Both the position numbers and the translations under genes were made by a program. From contig JASVEC010000130.1 of NCBI GenBank assembly GCA_030770535.1, forward strand, positions 1-44,514: 44,514 bases of DNA, given 5' to 3'. This DNA comes from Batkoa obscura. Lineage: Eukaryota. The notes under the pieces were generated by a model. That model was not told the origin of the DNA. It ran no database searches and saw only the letters and a program-made list of their open reading frames with translations. Each line of letters begins with the position of its first letter. Position 1 is the stretch's first letter. Positions 25,264 through 37,437 of this stretch are shown in pieces.

Positions 25264-25315
25264 ATTGATGTTTTCTTTGGTTTATCACTTCTATTTTTTT
25301 TAAAATACATCTCCG
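25264..25315 (-). mobile_element. internally deleted MITE family A remnant
   Basis: GATGTTTTCTTTGGTTTATCACTT joined to AAAATACATCTCC, i.e. both ends without the core. Confidence 0.5.
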
Positions 25316-25666
25316 TATAGTGTCGTCTTTTAAAAAACCTGCCAATATTATATAATTACCTTTGCGTATTTAAGTTGCAAAAAAACCTATAACCAATCAG
25401 ATAAGCTACATAAAAGTGTTGCAAAATGCTAAAAATTAAGCTAAAAAGTTTAAAAAATTAAAAACAAAAATTACTGTAAATAATAAAATACATTACCATA
25501 TGGTATTAAAAAATTAATATATTATGTCAATCATAGTTATGACTATTTGAGTTATTTTGATTTTGATTTTAACTATATTAATATTAATATTAATAATGAT
25601 TATTTTATATTAACTGTAAAAGGTTGAGTTTATAAAAAAGTTTATAAAACTTATTAAAGAATATAT

Positions 25667-25765
25667 GAGGATGTATTTTTGTATCCAAGATTTTTACTGA
25701 CAATTTTTCCACTTGAATAGCGCTTAAAAGATGGAAAAAGTAATGAAGCCAAAAAAAACACCCCC
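25667..25765 (+). mobile_element. MITE family A copy
   Basis: ATAT-GAGGATGT...ACACCCCC-ATAT. Confidence 0.9.
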
Positions 25766-25809
25766 ATATAAAATAAAAAAAAGTTATTTAGTAAAATAAA
25801 AATAAAAAT

Positions 25810-25905
25810 GAGGTGTGTTTTTGTGCTCAAGAATAACTAACAATCTTTTCACTCAAACAACACTTAAAAAATGAAAAAAGTGATGAAATCAAAAAAAATA
25901 TCCTC
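25810..25905 (+). mobile_element. MITE family A copy
   Basis: GAGGTGTG...ATATCCTC with the family core. Confidence 0.85.
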
Positions 25906-26307
25906 AATAATAGTAATGATATTAATTATAAAAAATTAAAAATATATATAAAATATAGTAACAGTCATTTTTTTAAATCAATTGTATCTGAATTTAAAAA
26001 CATAATAACTTTTAGTAGTAAAAGCACTTAGTTAATTAAATATATAATAAACTATATAAAATAGTAAATACAAGTATAGTAAAAAAGCAATTTATACAAT
26101 GTATAAGCTTTAATATAAAAATAAAGTACAATAATTTTGAAAGTAATGCTTTTTGTATTTAAAATAAATTTATATTATAATATTATAGTAATTATATTTA
26201 TTTAAACAAGCTGATAAGTATTTAACTTAAAAGTAAATATTCAAGTTTTTTTAATAAACAGTAATAAAAGTTTTATTTTAAGATTATTCTAAAGCAGAAA
26301 TATATAC

Positions 26308-26398
26308 AAGAATGCATTTTCTTAAGAATTTTGCCAACAGTTTTTCTGCTCAAATAATGGTCAAAAAATAAAAGTGATGAAATTAAAAAAACATCCCT
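26308..26398 (+). mobile_element. degenerate MITE family A copy
   Basis: TTAAGAATTTTGCCAACAG...GTGATGAAATTAAAAAAACATCCCT. Confidence 0.75.
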
Positions 26399-26530
26399 AT
26401 ATTATTTGATATACAATTTAGACTTGAATTAATTAATTAATTAGAAAAGCCTATTATAAAGTTATATTAGTATTAAATAAAATACAACTAACATCCAATC
26501 AATCAACAGTATTATCTTTCATATTAATCA

Positions 26531-26605
26531 TATCACTTTTTCCATCTTTTAAACACTATTTGGGTGGAAAAATTGTTAGTAAAATTTAAATACAAATATA
26601 TCCCT
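26531..26605 (-). mobile_element. truncated MITE family A copy
   Basis: ATCACTTTTTCCATC...TGGAAAAATTGTTAGTAAAATT...ATATCCCT. Confidence 0.75.
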
Positions 26606-26660
26606 AAATAAAAAATTCTGAAGGTAATCATTATAATATTTTTAACATTTCTATTTACAT

Positions 26661-26731
26661 GCAATGTTGGTTTAGTGGTAAAATTGCCGCCTGCCACGCG
26701 GCAGCCCCGGGTTCGATTCCCGGACATTGCA
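26661..26731 (+). tRNA. tRNA-Gly(GCC)
   Basis: Identical to 25150-25220. Confidence 0.96.
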
Positions 26732-26973
26732 TTTTATCTGGTCTAGATGCATTTATTTTAATCTCAACTTTTACCAAATATTTAATACATTTAAAAATAC
26801 AAGATTATTTAAAAAATTTTAATTCAATATTATACATAATGAAGGTTTTATAAAGCTTTTGGTAATTTTTGAGTATTTATTTTGCTGATTGTAATTCATT
26901 AAAAGAATTGCAGAATAAATTTAAAACTTTAAATTTGATAATGGTAGCATATTATAATAAAAAAAGAAACATA

Positions 26974-27068
26974 GGGAGTGTTTTTGACTTCATTATTTTT
27001 TCCATTTTTTAAGCATTATTTAAGCGGAAAATTTGTTAGTAAAATCTTAAACACAAAAATATATCACC
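26974..27068 (-). mobile_element. MITE family A copy
   Basis: GGGAGTGT...ATATCACC-ATAT. Confidence 0.88.
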
Positions 27069-27292
27069 ATATATTCAAATATCTCTGACATTAGTCAATA
27101 ATTAAAAGAAACCTTGTTGGAGATAAACTTGAAAACAAGTCTGATTTTAAGTTTAATTTAACTTTGCATTTGATTTGACATCTTTTTATCGTTAACATTA
27201 AAAATCAATAATGATTTATGGATCCTATCATCAAACACATAAAAATTAGACTATATAAACATAATAAATCTATCAAACTAAAATCAAATAGA

Positions 27293-28980
27293 ATGATTTT
27301 TTTAACTTTAATTTTAACTTTTGTTTATTCAAATTATGGAGCACTTTTATTAAAAAGCAAAAGCTACCTGTCTAATAATAGATTGAGCATTAGATTGCAC
27401 TGTTCATCTGGTGATAGAAGCCACATAAAATCACTTTTAGAAGTTGGCATTGAGTTAGTAAAGAGAGTTCTTGAGGTAACTTATGTAACATTACAACAAA
27501 ACACTCAATTTGTTCAATAATATAATATAAAAAATTATACTATAGACGATGCAAAAACAGAGATTAAAAAATATAACATGATTTGTAACAAATCAAAATA
27601 AATGATACCTCAATCTGAGACTAGTAAAAGTTCGAGATCTATGACAAGATCTTCAAGTATGCTTTTTATTAAATATTATCAAGTTTCTTTTGTACCACTT
27701 AAAGAGTATTTTATTGAATCCAAGCCAGATCTTTTGATTTGTAGTTTTTTACTCATTCCCGTATTGATTTAGTGAAACGTTTAAGTATACCTTTAATTGT
27801 TAGTTATCAAACAACAGATGGTATCGGATTAATCAATAAACCATTTGTTACTCAAGAATTTAAATATCATCTAATTTATATAAAAAAGATGTTCTTTATT
27901 GAACGTTTCAATTATCAAATTATAAAACTAGTAATTAAAATATACTATCTTTTTAGCCTTATTAAATCGAATAATTAAGAAAGATACATCAAGTTCCTTA
28001 TGTTAATGGTTTGAACCCTGGGTTTAACTATGGATTAAATATTGCTAATAGTTTTATCGGATTTGAACCAGCAATCATATTAATGCCAAACTTAATTCAC
28101 ATTAGTTAAATTATGCCTAGAAATAAAGATACATTAACCTCTGAATTGGAATTCTTTTACAGACATCAAAATGCCTTATTTATTACTTTTAGCTTACATT
28201 CCATATTAAACGATAGTATAACCAAAAAGATATTACAATGGTTCTTACTAGCAATTAAAGGACGAATTATTGATAGCATAGTGTGGTGATTAGATAAACT
28301 TAAACAAGATGATTTTCCAATCTAAATAAATCGTGGTAAGGGTGGCAAAATAAAAGTAACGGGGTTATTCAAAAGAAGGAATAAAAACATATGATTGTTG
28401 CGCTAGGCATTAGAAGTATCTGTTTTGAGTCATGAATATTAAATTATTCTATCCTATGGTGGTTTAGAATCTATATCTAAATCTACTTATTCAAATATAT
28501 CTGTGTTATATTTAGTATCATTTGAAGATAAATTAAAAAATGGAAATTAGAGAAGGTAAGGTCTGGCTTTTATGTTAACAAATTCACATTTACTCTGAAT
28601 TTTTTGAGTGGTCAGATTAAGATAATTATTGAAGATAAGAATGATAAATTTCAATCAAACCTATTAAGAATAAAAATTATTTCTCATTATAGCTAAGAGA
28701 CTCGATTGTACAGCTGATTTGCTTGAGTAGTATACATATACTACTGAATCATATGGAAAGCACGAACCTTATGATGCTAATTCTAATTTATCGCCATGTA
28801 AAATTAAACACCTTATTCAGTATCGCATCAAATGTTCTTTGTTCCAGTTAAGGATGCTGATATTTATGATTCAGTTATTTTACTGCTATTATCAACTATT
28901 GTAATTCCGATTTATTGTTTATATCATATTTTTGTGTTCTTAATCACATACTATAAGGGAGCTTTAAAAAAGTCTAAAAT
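27293..28980 (+). pseudogene. possible decayed gene for a secreted/membrane-anchored protein
   Basis: Signal-peptide-like MIFLTLILTFVYS, interrupted coding-like stretches, and a hydrophobic C-terminal stretch (SVILLLLSTIVIPIYCLYHIFVFLI). No family recognised. Confidence 0.3.
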
Positions 28981-30850
28981 GAGATAAATTATAGACATAA
29001 TCGGAAAATATTGTTATATTTTCATTGAAGATATTATTTTTACTTTTATACTTTTCTATATTTTTTTGTTTTCAAATAAGGTCAAATATTCTAAATTAAT
29101 CTGTTTAACTTATAAGGTTACATACAATTATATTTATCTTTATTACTTTTTTTATTGTTTATATTTATTATATTTATTATATTTGATGTAAATCGGACTT
29201 TTTATAATAAAACAGTAAGATTAACATTAAGCCAGTTGGAACAAAGTAAATCTATAACATTTATTAAAAGTTGAAATTTATTTATAATATTAATATTGAC
29301 TTTTTGTTATGTAACCTTGATAACAAGGTATATTATAATAAAGTTCACTTTCCTTTTTGTAAGGAGTTAAAATACAATATTAAAACGCTTACTATTAGCC
29401 TTGTTTTCATTTTTGTATCGACCTATTAAATGCATATTAAATCATAGTTACTTTCTAGCTTAAGGAAAACTTATTTTGAGTTTTAATATCTGTTTTTCTA
29501 ATACTTCTTATTAAAACAGGGTTCATTTTATAAGACCGTTTTAGACGAAACATTATTTAAAAATCATCGTTTACATCTACAACTGTTTCTAGACACCGTC
29601 TTATTAGGTCGTTTTATATTACTAATTGTATATCCATTATATATATCCTCACAAGCTTATCTTTATAGCGTTTTAGTACTATAGAGGATTGATTGTTAAT
29701 TTGAATATTTATTTCTTACAAAACTCAACTATACCTACCTCCTTTAATATAAAATTCAAACTGATATCAATCAATATAAAACCTTTTCTCAAACCTAATC
29801 CAGTTTTAGATAATTGTAAGCATCGTTCACATAACTGATACCTTTATCTTTTGCCTTAATCCTTTTATAACGTTACTTCAATTACTCCCAGCATTTAATA
29901 TCCCAATTTTTTAACAAAGAATTAAAAATAAAGTTTATGTTTTTTTTTTTAAATTACTATATACAATATTAGTATAGTGATAAAGTTATCACTTACAACA
30001 AGTATTTACGTTCAATTTATAGGTATTAAAAATGATTGTATGCAAAATTACTAAAGCCCGAAGTAAATCCAAGTAAAGTATTCAATGCGGATCCGTTAGT
30101 AATTAAATACTTTAGATCTAGTTCCCAGTGCAAAGGAAAGATGGTTTATCACGACATTGAATATTTCAACAAATTTCGCTTTAGTTTTAAGCAATAGCAA
30201 AAAAAATCTCTTAGGTCAATTTTTGATTATTTTTGAAATTTTAATTTGGTATAATTTATTTAATATTTAAAATTAAATAGTAGTAAAAACTAAATAAATT
30301 ATTGTTAGAAATTTATAAAAGGCTTCGATATTTGGCTACTGCATGGTCTGTTGCTTAAAAAGAATATTTGATACTCAGAGTGTTGATACGTGCTGTATGA
30401 TTTTAGTATAAATACAAATTGTTTTTCGAGTTGAACAGATGATTTCTATTTTTATTAAAGTACTTTTTATAATAGAAATAGATAATAGGTTCTTATTTTA
30501 TTTTAATTAGTGAGGTAGTTAAATGGATTTTTAGATATATTAAGTTGAATGTATTGTGTTTATACTATGTCTACTAATCTATATAAGCAATTCTACTTCT
30601 ATCAATTATTAGTAAGATATTAAATAACTCAATAAAACAAATAAAACATAATTTATTATTTATAATTGACTCATGGAGCATTCAACTATGAAATAATTTG
30701 TAGAAATAAGAATTCAAATCAATTAGTGTAGTTACTAAATTAAGAAATATACCAACTTTCAATTAATTCCAATGATAATATCAAGTATTCATTTTAAATT
30801 AACTGTCTCTTTCTTCTTTTTTTTATTGCAATTATTTTTCCAATATAACT

Positions 30851-32257
30851 ATGAATATTATTATTTTGTTGTTTTCAATATTGTTTTTATTCCAACATAA
30901 ACAAGTATTAGTGACAAGTATTCGATTAAATTATGGGGAATGTGCTATAGTTCAAAATAAAATATATTATGTTGGCGGTTATTTTTTAAGCAATTCACGT
31001 ACACAAATAAGTAATTCGTATTTATTTTCATTGTCTTTAAATCAAACTATAGAGTTAAATCAATCTGTAGCACCTTGGCAACAAGAGAATATTGACCCAA
31101 TTAGTAACTTACCAAGTAATATGACATTAAACAATTATAATAATGATTTGTTAATGTTAGGTGGTATTAATCGAAATAATCAAAACTTATTTCAAAAAAT
31201 TTATTTAAGTAAAAATTATAAGATGAAAACATTAAATATTCAATCTCATCCTTTATTTCAACTATATTTTAATAATAAAGAAGCATATTTAAATTCAATT
31301 TCATTGATTGGACATACATTTACTCAAAATAATAATAATAAAAATGAATTTATATTATATGGTGGTTTAATATCAAATGAAAAAAATGAGAACAGATTTA
31401 TTAGTAATATTTATATTTACAATATAAAAACAGATCAATGGAAATTAATTAATAATACTCAATATCAATCTATATTAGGCCATTATTCTTTTTATTATCA
31501 AAATCAAATATTATCCGTTTATGGCTATTCACCACAATTATTAGCATTAGATAAATTAACAATATTTAATTTAAATACATATAAATTCCAAATTCAAAAA
31601 TTAATAGGAGATATACCACCAATGAATAATTATCGATTTATTAATAATAATAATTATTTATATGCTTTAGAATTAAAAAATCAGTTTATTTATCAATTAA
31701 ATTTAAATAATTTAAAATGGAAAAAAATTTTATTGAAAAACAATTATTTATTTCAATTAAATTTAGACTCTTGTTTATTAAATTATCAAAATTATATAAT
31801 ACAATCATTTGGTGGTATGCAATTATTTACAGATGAAACTTATTTATTAAATCTACAAACAATGAATAGTACTAATGTATTTATACCAATTCAAAATAAT
31901 AACAATAATAACACATCAAGTAATAGTACATTAAATGATCTTAATTTATATAATTCAATAACAACTTCGAATGCTAAATCTCCATGGGTATTAATAGGAG
32001 TATTATTAACATTAAGTATGTTTTTATTTTTATTAGGCAGTTTAATATATATTAAATATGAAAATAAAAACAAAAATCAAGAATACTACGGTCATCATAA
32101 ACCACAACCAAGTTATCAATTAAAACCAATATGGATTGATAATACAAAATCATTAATGTTTGATAAAACATTAGTTAATTTACAATATAAAAAAATAGAT
32201 CGGGATTCTAAAGATAATACTATATTATCTGTTACTTCAAATCATTTTATTTCTTAA
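30851..32257 (+). CDS. Kelch/galactose-oxidase-like beta-propeller type-I membrane protein
   Basis: Signal peptide, Kelch-type KIYYVGG, LLMLGG, FILYGG..YIYNIKTDQW and IIQSFGG, then one TM helix (WVLIGVLLTLSMFLFLLGSLIYI). Confidence 0.8.
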   Translation: MNIIILLFSILFLFQHKQVLVTSIRLNYGECAIVQNKIYYVGGYFLSNSRTQISNSYLFSLSLNQTIELNQSVAPWQQENIDPISNLPSNMTLNNYNNDLLMLGGINRNNQNLFQKIYLSKNYKMKTLNIQSHPLFQLYFNNKEAYLNSISLIGHTFTQNNNNKNEFILYGGLISNEKNENRFISNIYIYNIKTDQWKLINNTQYQSILGHYSFYYQNQILSVYGYSPQLLALDKLTIFNLNTYKFQIQKLIGDIPPMNNYRFINNNNYLYALELKNQFIYQLNLNNLKWKKILLKNNYLFQLNLDSCLLNYQNYIIQSFGGMQLFTDETYLLNLQTMNSTNVFIPIQNNNNNNTSSNSTLNDLNLYNSITTSNAKSPWVLIGVLLTLSMFLFLLGSLIYIKYENKNKNQEYYGHHKPQPSYQLKPIWIDNTKSLMFDKTLVNLQYKKIDRDSKDNTILSVTSNHFIS

Positions 32258-32427
32258 TAATCTTATTCTTGTTTTATCTTAAACTTCTTTTGATTTATCT
32301 TATTTTACTTTACTTTTTTCTTTCTTATTTCTTCTGATTTACTTTCTCCTTTATAATTAAAAATAAATTTTATGTTATCATTATTATAAATTTTCTAAAT
32401 ATTTTATTTAATTTTCATACATTCAAT

Positions 32428-33057
32428 TTAATTACTTTTAGCCCCATTAACATATTGTGACACAACTTTAGCAAAATTTTCACCTTGAATTTCAGCAATT
32501 TCTAATTCTTTAGGATGTACTTCAACCTTACCTGAGTTACCTACTACTGCAGATGCACCATAAGGAGAACCCCCAATCACTTCCAATTCTTCATTAAGAT
32601 GTTTTGAAGCATAACCTAAAGGTACATAGATCATACCAAAATGAACTAAAGTAGGAATAAAAGTTAAATGAGTAGATTCTTGACCACCGTGTTGAGTATT
32701 TGAAGCTACAAAAGTACCCGCAAATTTACCATGGAGAGCATTACTTGCCCATAAGCCACCTAATTGATCCCAAAAGTTTTTTTGTTGAGCTGGTAAAGTA
32801 CCAAAACGGGTAGGCATACCAAATAAAAACCCATCTGCTTCTTTTAAATTTTCAGCTGTGATCACAGATACATCTGCTGGTTTGGCTGGTGCTTTAATAC
32901 GTTCAAGGATCTCTTTTGGTACTGTTTCTGGGATTTGAAATAAGGTAGCTTGTACCCCTGGTACCTTTTCGGCACCTGTTTTAAGTGCTTTCGCAAGCTT
33001 GTGAATATGACCATAGAAAGAATAATATGGAATATGAATTTTGGTTAAACGAGACAT
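32428..33057 (-). CDS. flavodoxin-like NAD(P)H:quinone oxidoreductase (WrbA / PST2-YCP4-RFS1 family)
   Basis: YYSFYGHI, ADGFLFGMPTRFG, TQHGGQEST and GGSPYGA motifs. Confidence 0.95.
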   Translation of the reverse strand: MSRLTKIHIPYYSFYGHIHKLAKALKTGAEKVPGVQATLFQIPETVPKEILERIKAPAKPADVSVITAENLKEADGFLFGMPTRFGTLPAQQKNFWDQLGGLWASNALHGKFAGTFVASNTQHGGQESTHLTFIPTLVHFGMIYVPLGYASKHLNEELEVIGGSPYGASAVVGNSGKVEVHPKELEIAEIQGENFAKVVSQYVNGAKSN

Positions 33058-33430
33058 AATAATTAATACTTTTATAAAATAAAAAAAGGCTTAATTATAA
33101 TTGTAAAATAATTAGTTAGTTTATATATTGTTCTTTTAGTAAACTTGTTATAAATCAAACCAATAAAATTCAGGTGATTATTAAGTTTTGCCATTTATTC
33201 TTCAAAATTAGAAATCAATAAATTTTATTAGATAATCAATAAAAATTGTAATTTTTATTATAATTTAAAAAAAATTAAAAGACGTATTTATAAATATGTA
33301 AAAAAAAGATTATAAACAAAATTAAAAAAGACTCAGTCTTTTAAAAAAATAAGGGAGAAATTGATTATAATCAATCATCCAAAGCTCCATTAATATAAGA
33401 AAATAGCTTATCAATCACAATATCTTCAAT

Positions 33431-33757
33431 TTAAGACTCTGTTAACAAAGCAGGTGTAATCGATAATTTGATAGTTGTATTATTAAAACAGGAATTAAAG
33501 TCAATAAGTTCATCAAAAGCAATGGTATACCTTTTAGCACAATTGCTACTGTTATTATCATTATCTGAAGTTAAACTATTATTTGAAAAACTAAATCGAA
33601 GTTGTCTAGCATCAATACTAGTACGACCTAACATCCTTTTGTTCATCTCAAATTCTCTTTTTTCTTCTAAAGATTCAAAGCTGTCCTTTGATTCATTTTG
33701 TTTACTACGTTTAAATTTAGATAATAAACGTTTAAAGGTGCCCTTACGTTCCAACAT
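33431..33757 (-). CDS. small hypothetical protein (108 aa)
   Basis: AAAATG start; C-terminal FDELIDF...TTIKLSITP motif; several basophilic kinase-like sites (RKGT, RTS, KRYT). Confidence 0.55.
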   Translation of the reverse strand: MLERKGTFKRLLSKFKRSKQNESKDSFESLEEKREFEMNKRMLGRTSIDARQLRFSFSNNSLTSDNDNNSSNCAKRYTIAFDELIDFNSCFNNTTIKLSITPALLTES

Positions 33758-35053
33758 TTAAAATGAGTATGTAAAAAAACTTTGAAAAATTTAAAATGGT
33801 TAATAATATACAAATTGTTTCTCATCATTGTTTTTATATCTTTTTTTTTTCAATTTTATTTGACTATTTTAAGCTTTGTCTTTACTTTAACTATTTTTTA
33901 AGGGGTGGTAAGTGTCATTTGAACCTGGGGTTAATTACTTGTGTCTTGAAAGGAGGGAAATAAAAACCAATAGTATCCCCCATGGTATTAAAATCAACTT
34001 TATTCATTGGCAATAAATACCGTCTTTTATTGCATGAATTATATGCTTATTTTTTTACATTTAAGAAATTGACTTATTCTTGTTTTGTTACTTTTGAAAA
34101 ACTGGAGTAAACAGTTAAGCTTGGATCAATTTTATCATCAGTAATGAATTAAGTCAAGGAGGAGGAAAATTAAAGCAGATAGAATAATCACATAATGCTA
34201 TATAATAAATAATAATATCATAATTAATATTTAGAAAACATCTAAGAAAAGTAAAGTTATAGTCGATTTTTTCTATCTTTAATTTCGCTTCTAAAAAAGT
34301 CCGCTTTGTCATCCCCCTGAATAAAAATAAAATTTTTCACAAATTAAACTTGATATTCAAGCAATTAAATTTTGGTTTTTAATACAAATCAGTCCATACC
34401 CACGTTTTCGATATCCCAAAAAATACTAAGAAAATTTAATTTTATTGAAAATCTGAAATCCTTTATTTAAAATACTTCAAATAAAACTTGTTTTTTATTA
34501 TCATTACTGAAAATTTATTTTAGTTTCTATGGATTGAAGCTAACAAAAATTATTAAATAATAGTAAAACATTGGTCATTAAAAATTAGTATTGAGTACTA
34601 TAAAACAGTCAAATGCTAACTAAAAAAAACTTTAACATTATCATTAAAATAAGAAATCTTAAGGGAGTATATGTAAAACAAGGTATCTTTACGTTATAAC
34701 ATTTCCAATGATTATGTAAAAAGAAATTAAAAATTAAGTAATTGATAATATATAGATTTCTATTTTTTATAGTGTCAATTATATTCTTTTATAGTTGGAT
34801 AAAAACCACTATCTTTAATAAAAAAGGGAAAATTTCATCAATTTCGGATGAACTGAGAGGGAAATTATACACTGATAGTTAACTCTACTAATACTCTATG
34901 ATAATATCTTAAAGTAAATTTACGATTGTCATTAAAAAAATCTATAATCATCTTTATAGAATCATCTTCAAAAGACTGTGCTGATCGGCACTCTAGCTTA
35001 AGGAATAACCATCATTATCAATAATAGAGAAATCGTTATTTTTGTCATGATAT

Positions 35054-35149
35054 GGGGGGTATTTTTGTATTTAAGAGCTTTGCTAACAATTTTTCCACTC
35101 AAATAGCGCTTAAAAGATGGGAAAAGTAATGAAGCCAAAAAACATCCTT
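35054..35149 (+). mobile_element. MITE family A copy
   Basis: ATAT-GGGGGGTA...ACATCCTT-ATAT. Confidence 0.88.
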
Positions 35150-35639
35150 ATATATCATTTTATCATTAGTAGGATTTATAAAAGCATCACCCTTAATATA
35201 GTATAAACAAAGGTATTTATCATTTTCACAAAATATGTAAAAATATTTCTTATAAAGCTTGTATTTAAACCAAACTATAGCTGATATTTATCTATCTGAT
35301 TGACTTACAAAGTAAAGTATTATCAAATATAATTATACTTTTTTTCTTATTAAAAAACAAAAGTACTTGACACAACTTTAAGTTAATTTATTGAAAAATA
35401 TTTACCACCAGCTGCTCTGTAATCGATATTACAGGTTTGCTATTGAATGAATAAACTATTTTAATGTTATAATTATGTTAATATATTATTACTAAATTAA
35501 TAAATAGCTGCACAAAAAGGAGTGGTTAGCCTCAAAACTATAATTAACTATTTTTATACAGTATAAGCAATATGATAATAGTTTTTATTTATTGTTATAA
35601 TTATTTACATTCTTGTTATTTAATAAACTGCTTACTTGC

Positions 35640-36191
35640 TCTGAAATCTGTGGTACTCAGTGATTAAAGTCAAAAGCAGTTCTTGATTGGTTGACTAGCT
35701 ATAAGTCAAAAGGTCTTAGTTTAAGTCATTAAGATAGGCTTGAATTATGAAGAATATCACGTAGTAGGCTATGGACTACGTAAGACAAATAGAATAGACA
35801 GTAGTAATATAAAATCTACGTAAAATACTATCAAGGAAATTTAATACCTTTATTAAAGGTATGAGATATCAGAGAATAATTCAGTTAAAAAGCTTCGAGT
35901 TACCGTATTCTAGAATTTCTTTTACATTCCAACAAGTATAGATATCAAAACGAAAGAATAATTTAGTGATGTTTTTTTGGTTTCATCACTTTTTCCATTT
36001 TTTAAGCATTATTTGAGCGGAAAAATTGGTAGTAAAATTCAAATACAAAAATACATCACCATATTTGGAATGTAGTTAGAAATTCTCATAGCAAATCAAA
36101 ATAAGAGTATGAGATTAGTTGGCTCTGAACTTGAGAGTACAAGTTTATTATGCTATAATCAATTATGGAACTGACAAAGTGATATTTCACA
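35640..36191 (-). mobile_element. solo LTR (same family as 5097-5557) with nested MITE
   Basis: Reverse-complement homology over the full length, T(C)TGAAAT...ATTTCACA ends, 5-bp TSD CTTGC at 35635-35639 and 36192-36196. Confidence 0.85.
35965..36060 (-). mobile_element. MITE family A copy nested in solo LTR
   Basis: ATTT-AGTGATGT...ACATCACC-ATAT; absent from the LTR copy at 5097. Confidence 0.9.
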
Positions 36192-36379
36192 CTTGCTTAA
36201 TGAATATTGAAACTTTTAAAATTTGTATTATTTTTATAAAATAGGGTAGAGTTAATTTTTTAATTCTTTATGAACTTCATCATTTTAATTAAGGTTATAT
36301 CACTTTTCTTAATTTATTATTATATTTAATAATATATAAATATCTTTTAACGTTTTATACTTTTTTACCTTTTTTATAT

Positions 36380-36478
36380 GAGAGTGTTTTTTTTGACTTC
36401 ATTATTTTTTCCATTTTCTAAGCACCATTTAAGCGGAAAATTTGTTGGTAAAATTCTTGAACACAAAAATACATCACC
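36380..36478 (-). mobile_element. MITE family A copy
   Basis: ATAT-GAGAGTGT...ACATCACC-ATAT. Confidence 0.9.
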
Positions 36479-36542
36479 ATATTATTGTTTCTTTTATAAT
36501 TTTTAAAAAGTGTATCTGTTTTTTTACTATTAACAATTAAAT

Positions 36543-36639
36543 GGGGTTGTATTTTTGTGTTTAAGAATTTTATTGACAATGTTTCCACTCAAATAGTGCT
36601 TGAAAGATCGAAAAAGTGATGAAGTAAAAAAATATCACT
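36543..36639 (+). mobile_element. MITE family A copy at the 5' breakpoint of a truncated LTR
   Basis: AAAT-GGGGTTGT...ATATCACT-ATAT. Confidence 0.9.
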
Positions 36640-36643
36640 ATAT

Positions 36644-36960
36644 TATTCTCTCGTTTTGATATCTATACTTGTTGGAGTATAAAAGAGATTCTAAAACATA
36701 GTAGCTCGAGACTTTTTGACTGAATTGCCTGATATCTCGAAAACTTAATAAAGTCACTAAGTTTATTTAATAGTATTTTACATAGATTTTATATTACTAC
36801 TGTCTATTCTATTTGTCTTACGTAGTCCATAGCCTACTACGTGATATTCTTCATAATTCAGGTCTATTTTAGTCACATAAGCTAAGACCTTTCGACTTAC
36901 AGTGTAGTCAACCAGGCAATAGCTGTTTTTGACTCCAATCACTGACTACTAGGTTTCACA
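36644..36960 (+). mobile_element. 5'-truncated LTR copy
   Basis: Direct homology to 5238-5557, ending GTTTCACA. Confidence 0.85.
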
Positions 36961-37270
36961 CTGTTAAATATAAATATTAAAGTATGTATTTTTTTTACAA
37001 TAAGTTTAGATAAAAAACTTTAGATTAATTATGTATAAATTTAAAATACATCTAGCTTTGTCAACAATTATTTAAATTTATTAAACAGTTAAAAAATAAT
37101 TTTATTTTATAAAACTTAATATCAATTTTTATAAATATTAATCTAGCTTTTTTAAGTTTTCATTTCAATGACAGATAAAGCAACAACTATAAAAACTTTA
37201 ACCTATTGTTGTTGAAAATAAAAAAGAATTTTAAGAATAGAAAAAAAATGTTACATGATGTGACTGTGAA

Positions 37271-37344
37271 CGCTCATAGCTGGGATCGAACCAGCAACCT
37301 CTCGATTAACAGTCGAACGCGCTAGCCAATTGCGCCATACGAGC
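37271..37344 (-). tRNA. tRNA-Asn(GTT)
   Basis: Minus strand GCTCGTATGGCGCAATTGGCTAGCGCGTTCGACT-GTT-AATCGAGAGGTTGCTGGTTCGATCCCAGCTATGAGCG folds into a cloverleaf. Confidence 0.95.
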
Positions 37345-37437
37345 TTTCTTGTTGCTACTATAAGTTGTTAAATGTATATATATTGATTTTGCAAATCCAA
37401 TAGATAACTGTTGATTTTAGCTGTGTTTCTACTATAT

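Noticed and set aside
26533..26853. ORFs overlapping tRNA-Gly
   Set aside because: Produced by the GC-rich tRNA and MITE sequence.
33468..33761. 97-aa plus-strand ORF
   Set aside because: Antisense to the better-supported 108-aa ORF and has a non-ATG start.
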